Assembly: GCA_963734545.1 (NCBI GenBank)
Contig: CAVTHO010000005.1
Coordinates: 384,001-448,000, forward strand
Source: an uncultured Spirochaetota bacterium
Lineage (GTDB): Bacteria > Spirochaetota > Spirochaetia > SZUA-6 > Fen-1364
DNA length: 64,000 nt
Direction of reading: 5' to 3'
Below are positions 18,935 to 26,766 of this stretch, one piece after another (positions within the stretch are counted from its first letter, which is position 1; every line of letters begins with the position of its first letter). The notes under the pieces were generated by a model. The model was given only the letters and a program-made list of their open reading frames with translations, was not told the DNA's origin and did no database searches. Made by a program: the position numbers and the translations under genes.

Positions 18935-20557
18935 CTATCTCCTCGGCGCAGTACGGGACTGCCGCGGCGCCACCGTGAAATCCGGCTCGTCGAAGTAGCA
19001 TTCACCTTCCGCGTCGTACAGTCTCTCAAAGAGCTCCCGGATGCTCCGGGCGATGACCCGGACCCCGCCGGCCGGCTCCTCCTTGTCGGTTTCGGCGTTC
19101 CAATTCCTAGGTGTGATCACCACGTCCCAGGCCTCAGGGTCCCAAGCTTGCTCGTTCCAGGCACCAGAGTGCCAGTCGTTTGGGTCCCAGCCCCGCCGGT
19201 ATCCCAGGTGGCGTCCGTCGGACAGCGAAGCGAAGAGAATCACGTCCTCGCGGTCGCCTGCGCTGGAAGCTGCCTCCTTCCACGAGGCAAGGCGGAGCAT
19301 TCGCAGACGCCGACGAGCCTGGGGGAAGAGAAGCCCTCCGTCGAAGATGTCGAGGACCTGGATCAAGTCGGCCGGCACACCGTGAATGTCTATCCTGCTT
19401 GGGCGCTCCTTCCTCCAATCGACAGGTCCATTCATCCCCTTGCCAGCCGCCAGGTCGGAAAGGATCATCGCGAATCGGTCTCCTTCTCGCATTCCCCAAC
19501 CGATTTCGGGCCGCAGGGCCTGGGTGGCATGGTCCTGAGTGATCCCGATAAAGCCCGCCACGAGCTCCCGGGCATCTTTCTTGGCGGGGCTCCCTCTCAG
19601 GTCCTCCAGGCGAAACGGCGCCATACTGATACCCGTGGGCAGCCTTTTGAACGAAAGCGGATGCGTCTCAGAGGGAGGAGCTCCCGCTGGACGCGGCCAC
19701 TGCACGAACTGGTTCCGCACCGTGAACTGGTGCGCCACGGGCCCGCCAAGATAGGGGAAAAGGTTCGCGATCCAGCCGGTGATCAGCTCGCCGCCATAGT
19801 TCTCGCGCGGGCTGTAGATCTGCTTCCAGAAGTCCAGGTCCGGCCTGCCCTCTGCCGTTGCGACCAGGCCATCGCAGATCGGCTCGAGCCTCGTGGTCCA
19901 CCACTCCAGCCCGTACTTGCTCATCACCGCGACGCGCCCGCGGATCTCCTTCCAGTCCTCCGGGGTGCCGAGAAGCGTTACTCGAGGGATTCCGCAGATT
20001 GCTACCATCTCATAGTCGAAGTACTTTTTGAATGCGTCCATCATCACGACCAGGCTGGCCGTCCGTGCGATCGACGTGGTCGTCGAGAAGTCGCAGACCA
20101 GGAGATCGTACACGCTCTTGCCGACATGGTCGCGGACCATCTGCGTCCATGCTTCGGTGGCCAGCCATGTCGGCAGGGGGTCAGCGCCTACGATCTCTAG
20201 CTTCCTCTTTCCCTCGAAATCGACGAATCGACCACGCAGCGCCTCCGCGTTGTTGTTCACGTGCTGCGCGAAGCCCTGGGCGATCGTGATCCAGATCTCG
20301 TCGGGACCGAGCACGAGGGGTCTGTGTTGGGCGAATGCGAGGGATACGGCCTGCACGAGCGCGTGAACCGGTTCGGTATCGACGACACGCGCTTCGGCCA
20401 CGTGGCTGAACTCCAAGAGCGGCTTCCCGCCGAGAGCCTGTTGGAACGCCTCGACAGTCGGCGCCTCGGGAAGGAGCGCTGCGGCCGGTTCGACGTCGTC
20501 GACGAGAAACGTAACGCCCTTCGGGCCGCGGTCCACCACGTCTGCAATCCGCTTCAT
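18935..20557 (-). CDS. DUF4419 domain protein with a C-terminal SUKH/SMI1-KNR4-like domain
   Basis: DUF4419 motifs AFAQHRPLVL.PD.IW..I.QGF..HVN.NAE.LR..FV, DFSTT, MD..K.YF.Y, CGIP.VTL.GT.EDW, ITGWI..LFP; ATG 20557 with a GGAAGG RBS (alternative GTG 20596); extra C-terminal region of about 150 aa. Confidence 0.85.
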   Translation of the reverse strand: MKRIADVVDRGPKGVTFLVDDVEPAAALLPEAPTVEAFQQALGGKPLLEFSHVAEARVVDTEPVHALVQAVSLAFAQHRPLVLGPDEIWITIAQGFAQHVNNNAEALRGRFVDFEGKRKLEIVGADPLPTWLATEAWTQMVRDHVGKSVYDLLVCDFSTTTSIARTASLVVMMDAFKKYFDYEMVAICGIPRVTLLGTPEDWKEIRGRVAVMSKYGLEWWTTRLEPICDGLVATAEGRPDLDFWKQIYSPRENYGGELITGWIANLFPYLGGPVAHQFTVRNQFVQWPRPAGAPPSETHPLSFKRLPTGISMAPFRLEDLRGSPAKKDARELVAGFIGITQDHATQALRPEIGWGMREGDRFAMILSDLAAGKGMNGPVDWRKERPSRIDIHGVPADLIQVLDIFDGGLLFPQARRRLRMLRLASWKEAASSAGDREDVILFASLSDGRHLGYRRGWDPNDWHSGAWNEQAWDPEAWDVVITPRNWNAETDKEEPAGGVRVIARSIRELFERLYDAEGECYFDEPDFTVAPRQSRTAPRR

Positions 20558-20660
20558 TGCTCTCACCTTCCATGGATCAGAGTTGATGATGCTCACACGA
20601 GCGGCGCCGATCCCCCAAAGGATGCGGCGATTTGGCCTGACACCTTCTTCCGGCTCTCTT

Positions 20661-20841
20661 GTTGACGGGGGTTGTGGGACAGGCTGCGCGGCGCGACAAG
20701 AAGAGCAGCCGATGACTCTCTTTTAGAGTACACCCTCCAGATCGAAGGTCAAGAGTCGCGGGGCGGGGCCGTGCCTGCCGGCGGAATGCCCCCGTACACA
20801 AGAACTGCAGGGCTCTTTCGTCGCGCCGCCCAACCCTCAAC
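20661..20841. repeat. Long imperfect inverted repeat enclosing a candidate minus-strand promoter
   Basis: GCGGCGCGAC (20688-20697) pairs with GTCGCGCCGC (20820-20829), AAGAGC (20701-20706) with GCTCTT (20812-20817), and GTTGA..GGGTTG (20661-20674) with CAACCCTCAAC (20831-20841); minus-strand TTGACC (20752-20747)-N16-TACTCT (20730-20725) lies inside. Confidence 0.6.
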
Positions 20842-20915
20842 GGGATTGCCAGTGCAACTCTGAGATTGAGTCTGCGAAGAGCCGCAGTCTGACATACAGC
20901 GATTTGGGCGCCCGA

Positions 20916-20974
20916 TAGATTCAGGGCCTAGTGCCGGCAACGGTGTGGAGGTTCAAGTCCTCTTCCGGGCAACG
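20916..20974 (+). repeat. attR-like duplicate of the tRNA-Leu 3' part
   Basis: tagattcagggCctagtgccggcaacggtgtggaggttcaagtcctcttccgggcaacg equals 18352-18410 except T>C at 20927; no 5' acceptor strand or D arm. Confidence 0.95.
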
Positions 20975-21005
20975 TAACTTGTCGGTCAGATTGGAAATGG
21001 CGCTG

Positions 21006-22304
21006 CTAGTCGTCTTTTGAAAGGCTCGGGCGCCTTATTTGAACAGGCGACAGAACACCCGATCCGTTCCCGATGCCGAGCTCGCCGTTGTTGTTGTAGC
21101 CCGTTGTCCAGAGACTGTGATCGGTCTTGAGGATCACCGAGTGGACCAATCCCCCCGCGACCGCCGCCACGCCCTTGGCAAAGATTTGTGTCGGGACCAG
21201 GACAGCATCGTCTTTGCTGCCGCTGCCGATCTGGCCGCTCTTGTTGTACCCCGTCGCCCAGAGGCTGCCGTCGGTCTTGAGGATCAGAGTATGATCGCCC
21301 CCGGCAGAGGCCGACGCCACGCCGCTCGCGAAGATTTGTACCGGACTGAGAACATCTGTTGTGGCACCAGTACCCATCTGACCGAACTTGTTGTAGCCCA
21401 TTCCCCAGAGGCTGCCGTCTGTCTTCACGAATACGCTGTGGCTCCGACCCGCTGAGGCAGAGGCCACGCCGCTTGCGACGATCTGTACGGGGGTCGGGGA
21501 AGCCGTTGTCGTGCCGGTGCCAAGCTGACCGTGAGTATTGGCTCCCATGGCCCAGAGGCTGCCGTCCGTCTTGACGATGAGGGTGTGGTCTTCTCCTCCC
21601 GATACGGACGCAACACCGCTCTCGATGATTCGTACCGGCGTCAGGACATTGGCTGTCGTGCCGGTGCCCAGCTGTCCGGAGGCATTCGCACCGGTCACCC
21701 AAAGGCTTCCGTCGGTCTTGACAATCAGGCTGAAATTGACCCCCGCCGCAGCCGAGGCAACTCCGTCAGCGAAGATCTGTACCGGAGAGGAGACGCTCGT
21801 GGTGGTGCCGTTCCCGAGCTGCCCGCTCTTGTTGTAGCCGGTCGCCCAGAGGCTGCCGTCCGTCTTGAGGATCAGGCTGTGGTAGTACCCTGCCGAAACG
21901 GAGGCGACCCCGTTTGCCAGAATCAGCTTCGGCGCGGTGACGCTATTGGTGTTGCCGAGTCCAAGCTGACCGTCGCCGTTGCGCCCGGTCCCCCAGAGAC
22001 TGCCGTCGCTCCCGACGACCATGGTGTCGCTGTAGCCCGAGATGGAAACGATTTTCGAGACCAGCGCCCGAACCGTGTAGCTTCCCGTCGAGCCGTCAGC
22101 CGCGGTGACGGTATACAGCACCGGCTTTGTAAAATCGTTCGCTGTTTTGCCACTCACCTGGACTTTGGGGCCAACCCGGACGGCTTTCCCGTCTGTCTTG
22201 AAGGTCGCGACGAGGGAGTCGACCCTGGAAAAAAGTGGGAGACTCGTCAGGTCCACTGTAATGGTCTTCTCGTCGATGACGCCGACCGCCCCGGGGTTCT
22301 TCAT
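21006..22304 (-). CDS. DUF5018-like Ig domain plus 7 RCC1/BLIP-II repeats, probably 5'-truncated
   Basis: Seven ~50-aa repeats (xKTDGSLWxxGxNxxGQLG); 'VQVSG.TANDFT.PV.YTVTAADGST..YTV' domain; no signal peptide; in-frame TAG at 22356-22358 upstream. Confidence 0.8.
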   Translation of the reverse strand: MKNPGAVGVIDEKTITVDLTSLPLFSRVDSLVATFKTDGKAVRVGPKVQVSGKTANDFTKPVLYTVTAADGSTGSYTVRALVSKIVSISGYSDTMVVGSDGSLWGTGRNGDGQLGLGNTNSVTAPKLILANGVASVSAGYYHSLILKTDGSLWATGYNKSGQLGNGTTTSVSSPVQIFADGVASAAAGVNFSLIVKTDGSLWVTGANASGQLGTGTTANVLTPVRIIESGVASVSGGEDHTLIVKTDGSLWAMGANTHGQLGTGTTTASPTPVQIVASGVASASAGRSHSVFVKTDGSLWGMGYNKFGQMGTGATTDVLSPVQIFASGVASASAGGDHTLILKTDGSLWATGYNKSGQIGSGSKDDAVLVPTQIFAKGVAAVAGGLVHSVILKTDHSLWTTGYNNNGELGIGNGSGVLSPVQIRRPSLSKDD

Positions 22305-22581
22305 GAGCTGGAACAGCACAGGACAGGTCACCGGCGCATTCTGGGGGGAGGCCGACTACAAGCTCGGCCCGGTCGTGACGATCCTCGGAGGATTCACGGT
22401 GAGCTTTTCGCGAGACCTGGGATACTCGATTATTGCCGGGATCACTGTTGCTCTTGCGAAAGACGTCTCCCTCAAGTACAAGGCAAGTTTCCTCTCCAAT
22501 ATGGTGGAGTATCAGATCCAGCCCCAGCCTACCACCAACTACGGCGTGGAGAACCTGCTGAGCCTGGACTGGAAGTTCTGA
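22303..22581 (+). pseudogene. 3' fragment of a probable outer-membrane beta-barrel protein
   Basis: Alternating hydrophobic strands ending LLSLDWKF* (beta-signal-like terminal Phe); no signal peptide; upstream the frame is only the antisense of the RCC1 gene. Confidence 0.55.
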
Positions 22582-22597
22582 CAGCTCCGTGGCTGCT

Positions 22598-23026
22598 CTA
22601 CGGCTTCTTCCGGTTGTCCGCCTGCTGCCTCATCTCGGCAAACCCGGCGGCCGCCTCCCTGACATCTTCAGGGAAATCGGTCATCTCCTGCACCTGGCGT
22701 ATCTCGATCACCTCGTCGCCTGAAGCAGGGCACCGCTTGGCCCATTCGATTGCCTCTTCCTTCGACTTCACCTGGATCATCCAGTAGCCGCCGATCACTT
22801 CCTTTGCCTCGGCAAAAGGGCCGTCCTGCACCTTCGGCTTGCCTCCGGGAAACGATACGCGCACTCCCATGGAGGGAGGGTGAAGTCCATCGAGCGCGAG
22901 CAGCACCCCCGCCCTCTGAAGGGCCTCGTTGTATTTCATCATGGCGGAAACGGCCCCGGCATCCGGCAGAGTGCCGGCAGGCGCCTTCTCGTACCCTTTC
23001 GGGATCATCAGCATCATGAATCTCAT
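22598..23026 (-). CDS. YciI/DGPF-domain protein
   Basis: MRFMMLM...GLHP.S.G.RV...DGPFAEAKEVIGGYW.I.V.S.EEAIEWA.RCP; ATG 23026 with a GAGGAG RBS. Confidence 0.92.
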   Translation of the reverse strand: MRFMMLMIPKGYEKAPAGTLPDAGAVSAMMKYNEALQRAGVLLALDGLHPPSMGVRVSFPGGKPKVQDGPFAEAKEVIGGYWMIQVKSKEEAIEWAKRCPASGDEVIEIRQVQEMTDFPEDVREAAAGFAEMRQQADNRKKP

Positions 23027-23198
23027 TGCATCTCTCCTCTCACAATATACGACGAACTGCGCGGCAGGAAATCGACAGGCAGAGCCGTGCTTGCGATAGG
23101 TGGCCCGGCACGACCGGACGGCGTTCTTTCCCGCGGGAGCCGGCACGCGTATATTCCGTGCATGAAGGAAAGCGCTTGAAGCGCCACGGAGGGCCTGC

Positions 23199-23639
23199 AT
23201 GAAATGGGTCACACGTTCTCACGTCCATGTCGACCGTGTCGCATGCCCGTGGCTGATCTCGCGGTTCGTTGACAGTCATGCGGAGTTCCTGTTCGTGCCG
23301 AAGAATCAGGTGAAGAAGACCGCCGCCGAGCAGGGGGCCATTCCATTCGACGTGCCCGACGTCGAGCTGGGCCATCAAGATGGCCGTTGCTCATTCGAGT
23401 CCATTCTCGCAAAGTACGATCTGCAGGACCCCGCGCTTCTCAGGATGGCGCGGGTCATCCATGCGGCGGATGTCGCGGCCGACATGGATTCCGACCCCCT
23501 CGCACGCGGGCTGGAGGCCATCGCGGTCGGCTACAGCCTGCGCTTTCCGCGTGACGAAGAGAATCTCTCCCGGCAATTCGAGATGTATGATGCCTTGTTC
23601 GCGTGGTGCCGCCTGGAAGCGGCACGGGGTCAGGGGTGA
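23199..23639 (+). CDS. Chromate resistance ChrB C-terminal domain (ChrF-like) protein
   Basis: MKWVTR....VDR.ACPWLI.RF.D..AEFLFV, PFD...EL.H....CSF. Confidence 0.9.
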   Translation: MKWVTRSHVHVDRVACPWLISRFVDSHAEFLFVPKNQVKKTAAEQGAIPFDVPDVELGHQDGRCSFESILAKYDLQDPALLRMARVIHAADVAADMDSDPLARGLEAIAVGYSLRFPRDEENLSRQFEMYDALFAWCRLEAARGQG

Positions 23640-24664
23640 TCACTGCCCTTCGGGCGGGGAGGGTCTCCCGCGTTCTGCAGGTCGTCATTCTCCTCGGCGC
23701 CATGCCCGTGGCGCCCCTTCAATCGCAGGGCGATTTTTCGCTCGCGCGATCAATCCCCCTGCCGGGCGTTGAGGGCAGGATCGACCACATGGCGATTGAC
23801 CTGCCCGGCAACCGCTTGTTTGTCGCGGCGCTGGGGAACAATTCCCTGGAAACCATCGATCTCTCTTCCGATTCAGTGGTTCACAGGATCCACGGTCTGT
23901 CCGAGCCTCAAGGGGTGGCATACATCGAGGATTCGCACAAGCTGTATGTTGCGAACGCGGGAACCGGGGAGTGCGACGTTTACGACGGCAGGACCTATGC
24001 GCTGCTGAGGCAAATCGATGTAGGCGGCGATGCAGACAACCTGCACCCGGACGCGGCTTCCCACAGGCTGCTGGTGTCGGCGGGGAACAGCCTCACCTTT
24101 ATCGATACCACTGCTGACGCCCGGGCCGGACGGCTTGAACTGCCCGGTCATCCCGAAGGCTTTGCGCTCGAGCAGAACGGGCCGCGCGTGTTCGTGAATG
24201 TCCCGCAGCCGGGCGGGCGGGTCTTCGTCGTGGATCGAGACCGCGGCATTCTCGCCGCAGAGTGGCAGGTGGGGGGGCTTTTCAAAAACCTCTTCTCGAA
24301 CTTTCCCATTTCGCTCGATGAAGACAATCAGCGTCTTTTCGTCGGCACGAGGGTGCCGGCGCGCTTGAAAGTACTGAATGCGGTGAGCGGGAAGGTTGTC
24401 GCTGATATCGGGATAGACGGGGATTCTGACGACATCTTCTATGATGCGAAGCGCCGCAAAGCATATGTCTCGTGCGGCGCCGGGTACCTCGACGTCGTGG
24501 TACAGCTCACGCCTGATCGCTACGCAGCGCCGGTCAGGATCCCCACCGCACGAGGAGCCAGAACGTCGCTGTGGGTGCCTGAGCGGGATCGATTGTTTGT
24601 CGCCGTTCCCCATGATGGGAATCAAAGGGCGGAGGTAAGGATCTACGAGCCGAGCATGCCCTGA
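23636..24664 (+). CDS. Exported YncE/YVTN-type beta-propeller protein
   Basis: GTG overlapping the chrB-like stop (GTGA); signal peptide; IPLPGV.GRIDH.A.D, EPQGV, DADN, HPEGF.LE, GARTSL. Confidence 0.85.
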   Translation: MITALRAGRVSRVLQVVILLGAMPVAPLQSQGDFSLARSIPLPGVEGRIDHMAIDLPGNRLFVAALGNNSLETIDLSSDSVVHRIHGLSEPQGVAYIEDSHKLYVANAGTGECDVYDGRTYALLRQIDVGGDADNLHPDAASHRLLVSAGNSLTFIDTTADARAGRLELPGHPEGFALEQNGPRVFVNVPQPGGRVFVVDRDRGILAAEWQVGGLFKNLFSNFPISLDEDNQRLFVGTRVPARLKVLNAVSGKVVADIGIDGDSDDIFYDAKRRKAYVSCGAGYLDVVVQLTPDRYAAPVRIPTARGARTSLWVPERDRLFVAVPHDGNQRAEVRIYEPSMP

Positions 24665-24745
24665 CCGGAGTCATCGATGGGGTGACGGGGCGGGAGACAT
24701 CTTTCCCTCATGCGGCGCGAAGAGGTATGTTCTTCCTAACCTCAT

Positions 24746-25375
24746 ATGGAAGAACGGAACGAACAGGACAGCTCCCTGAATCCCGAGCAGGACCCGAGAA
24801 ATCTCGGCGGCTATTTCCTCGTGTCCGAGATCGGACTGAGGGACCCCAACTTCGTGCGATCGGTCATCCTGATGATCACCCATGATGACAGCGGGGCCTT
24901 CGGCCTCATCGTCAACCGGCCATTCAAGCTCACGCTGGGAGAGCTCGTCGAGGGACTGGAAGAATCCCCCGCCTCCTCGATTCCCGTCTATGTGGGGGGG
25001 CCCGTCCAGCAGGAGCTCCTGTTCATTCTGCACACGGAGTTTTCCGGTGATGAGCGGGAAGACTACGGGGAACGTCCCGTCGAAGGGGTGATCTTCGAGC
25101 CCGCCACCCCGTACATCGTGGAGTATCTGAAGAACGATTGGAGCGCCCTGCCGGAACAGCAGCGCCCGGCGGTGCGCCTCTATGCCGGCTACTCCGGCTG
25201 GGGCCCCGGGCAGGTCGAGGGGGAATTGAAGGCGGAGGCATGGGTGGTCGTGAAAGCGAACTCCGATATCATCTTTCATCCCAATCCGGCGGGCGCATGG
25301 GCGGATGCATTCGTCAAGAAGGGGCCGCTCTACCAGATCATTCTCCAGACTGGCTTCAAGCCGTCGATGAACTAG
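24746..25375 (+). CDS. YqgE/AlgH family protein
   Basis: DPNF.RSVIL...H...GAFGLIVNRP, VY.GGPV, R.YAGYSGW..GQ.E.E. Confidence 0.92.
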   Translation: MEERNEQDSSLNPEQDPRNLGGYFLVSEIGLRDPNFVRSVILMITHDDSGAFGLIVNRPFKLTLGELVEGLEESPASSIPVYVGGPVQQELLFILHTEFSGDEREDYGERPVEGVIFEPATPYIVEYLKNDWSALPEQQRPAVRLYAGYSGWGPGQVEGELKAEAWVVVKANSDIIFHPNPAGAWADAFVKKGPLYQIILQTGFKPSMN

Positions 25376-25428
25376 CCTGCCGCTTGCATCCCCGCGTCCC
25401 CTGCGCGAGAATGGGGAAGGTTTCCGAA

Positions 25429-25740
25429 ATGGGGCGCATCCTGAAGTTCAGCCGCGATCGCCAGGACGGTCCGGGCCGCATAGATGCCGAGAAGATCTGG
25501 GAGTACGTGCTCCCGCGGCTCGATTTCCCGCTCCCGGAGTTCATCTCACGGGAGATCGATACGATCATCAGCGACATCTGGAATGCGTCCGAGAGTGAGA
25601 TCGACTTCTATGACTGCGTGAGCGCGCTCGAGACACTGCGGGGAAAAGACATCCTGATCCCGTCCGGGCGGAGGGAGAAAATCGTTTCTCTTATATTCGA
25701 ATACCTCGAAAAGAACGGCTACCTCTATCGTATCGATTGA
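25429..25740 (+). CDS. Hypothetical protein (about 103 aa, acidic, helical)
   Basis: MGRILKFSRD...; coding-like codon usage; alternative ATG at 25411. Confidence 0.6.
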   Translation: MGRILKFSRDRQDGPGRIDAEKIWEYVLPRLDFPLPEFISREIDTIISDIWNASESEIDFYDCVSALETLRGKDILIPSGRREKIVSLIFEYLEKNGYLYRID

Positions 25741-25760
25741 CCGCGGGAGCTGCGGTGTGC

Positions 25761-26501
25761 CTATGTGCCGGGCGGATGCATGACAGTCCTGTTTCTACCC
25801 CCGTTCTTGGCACGGTAGAGCGCCATGTCCGCGTTCCTCAGGAGCTCTTCCGCGTTCATTCCCTGCTCGAGCTGGGCAACCCCGAGGCTGATCGTCACCT
25901 CGGAGATCTTTCCCACCGCGTTTTCCTGAACAGATTCGCGCAGCCGCTCGGCCACCGCCGCGCCCCCCTCTGCGTCGTTGCCGGGGAGCGCCATCACGAA
26001 CTCATCCCCTCCGTAGCGGCCGACAAAATCGTAGGCGCGGAGGCTTTCCTCCAAGCGCGCGAATATCTCTTTCAATACCTCGTCTCCCACCAGGTGTCCG
26101 TGGTCGTCATTAATTCTCTTGAAGTGGTCTATGTCGACGAACACCACGCTCAGGCGGGTACCCATCCGTGCGCAGCGGTCCACTTCCGACTCGAGCCGCT
26201 CGAGAAACACGCGCCTGTTGGGAGATCCGGTAAGCTCGTCCACAGTCGCATAACGCTCCAGGCTCAGCTGATGCATCCTCAGGTGATCGATGACGCGCAT
26301 GACGGTGAAGCTCAGGACCCCTGCCGTGATGGCTCCCACGGGAATTGCGGTGAGGAGCAGTTCGGGCCGCGCGGTGTGGAAGACGACCAGGCTCGCCGCA
26401 AGGGTAAGGAGCTCGGCCAGGGCCAGGGCGCCAATGATCAGGAGCCAGAAGAAAACCCGGGGGGACAATCGGCTGAGCGCGTGAATCGTTTTTTTCCGCA
26501 T
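25761..26501 (-). CDS. Two-TM GGDEF diguanylate cyclase
   Basis: D.LTG..NRR, DIDHFK.IND..GH..GD, RAYD I-site, RYGGDEF; start uncertain (26501 to 26630). Confidence 0.9.
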   Translation of the reverse strand: MRKKTIHALSRLSPRVFFWLLIIGALALAELLTLAASLVVFHTARPELLLTAIPVGAITAGVLSFTVMRVIDHLRMHQLSLERYATVDELTGSPNRRVFLERLESEVDRCARMGTRLSVVFVDIDHFKRINDDHGHLVGDEVLKEIFARLEESLRAYDFVGRYGGDEFVMALPGNDAEGGAAVAERLRESVQENAVGKISEVTISLGVAQLEQGMNAEELLRNADMALYRAKNGGRNRTVMHPPGT

Positions 26502-26705
26502 GGGCACAGGGCGATCCCTCACATCCGTACCGCGCGCAGGATGTTTTCCGCGTGCCGACCGATCCGTCGCGACTGTCGCCTGCTCCGCCATTGCTTTTCT
26601 CCATTGTACGCCACATCGGGAATTCTGCAATGAGAAAGAAAGGGAAAAAAATCACGGGAATTCACGGCCCGGCTGCACACATGTCGCGCCCGACGCATGC
26701 CGATC

Positions 26706-26734
26706 TTGACATCGGACCGGGCACTTCATACCTT
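26706..26734 (+). promoter_or_regulatory. Sigma-70 promoter of the acyltransferase-ABC-amidohydrolase operon
   Basis: TTGACA-N17-TACCTT, 32 nt before ATG 26767. Confidence 0.65.
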
Positions 26735-26766
26735 ATGGCGAGATCCGGGAAGCACAAGGGGGCACC

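Larger units (their letters stand above)
18352..20974. mobile_element. Integrase-less genomic islet (2,564-bp unit) inserted in tRNA-Leu
   Basis: Bounded by 59-bp direct repeats (18352-18410 and 20916-20974, one mismatch); two cargo genes; no recombinase ORF inside. Confidence 0.8.

Noticed and set aside
20708-20722. GCCGATGACTC resembling the 3' part of a fluoride riboswitch
   Set aside because: No upstream GGNGATGG...pseudoknot partner, and it is on the opposite strand to the adjacent genes
20661-20841. Integron attC site or 6S RNA
   Set aside because: Arm order is GTT...AAC rather than RYYYAAC...GTTRRRY, and there is no integron integrase; the location inside an accessory islet and the branched interior argue against 6S RNA
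20916-20974. Second tRNA-Leu gene
   Set aside because: Lacks the 5' acceptor strand and D arm; it is an att duplicate
21030-22030. Repeats with ~150-bp period as a CRISPR array or DGR template
   Set aside because: They are in-frame RCC1 protein repeats with synonymous divergence; no spacers, cas genes or reverse transcriptase
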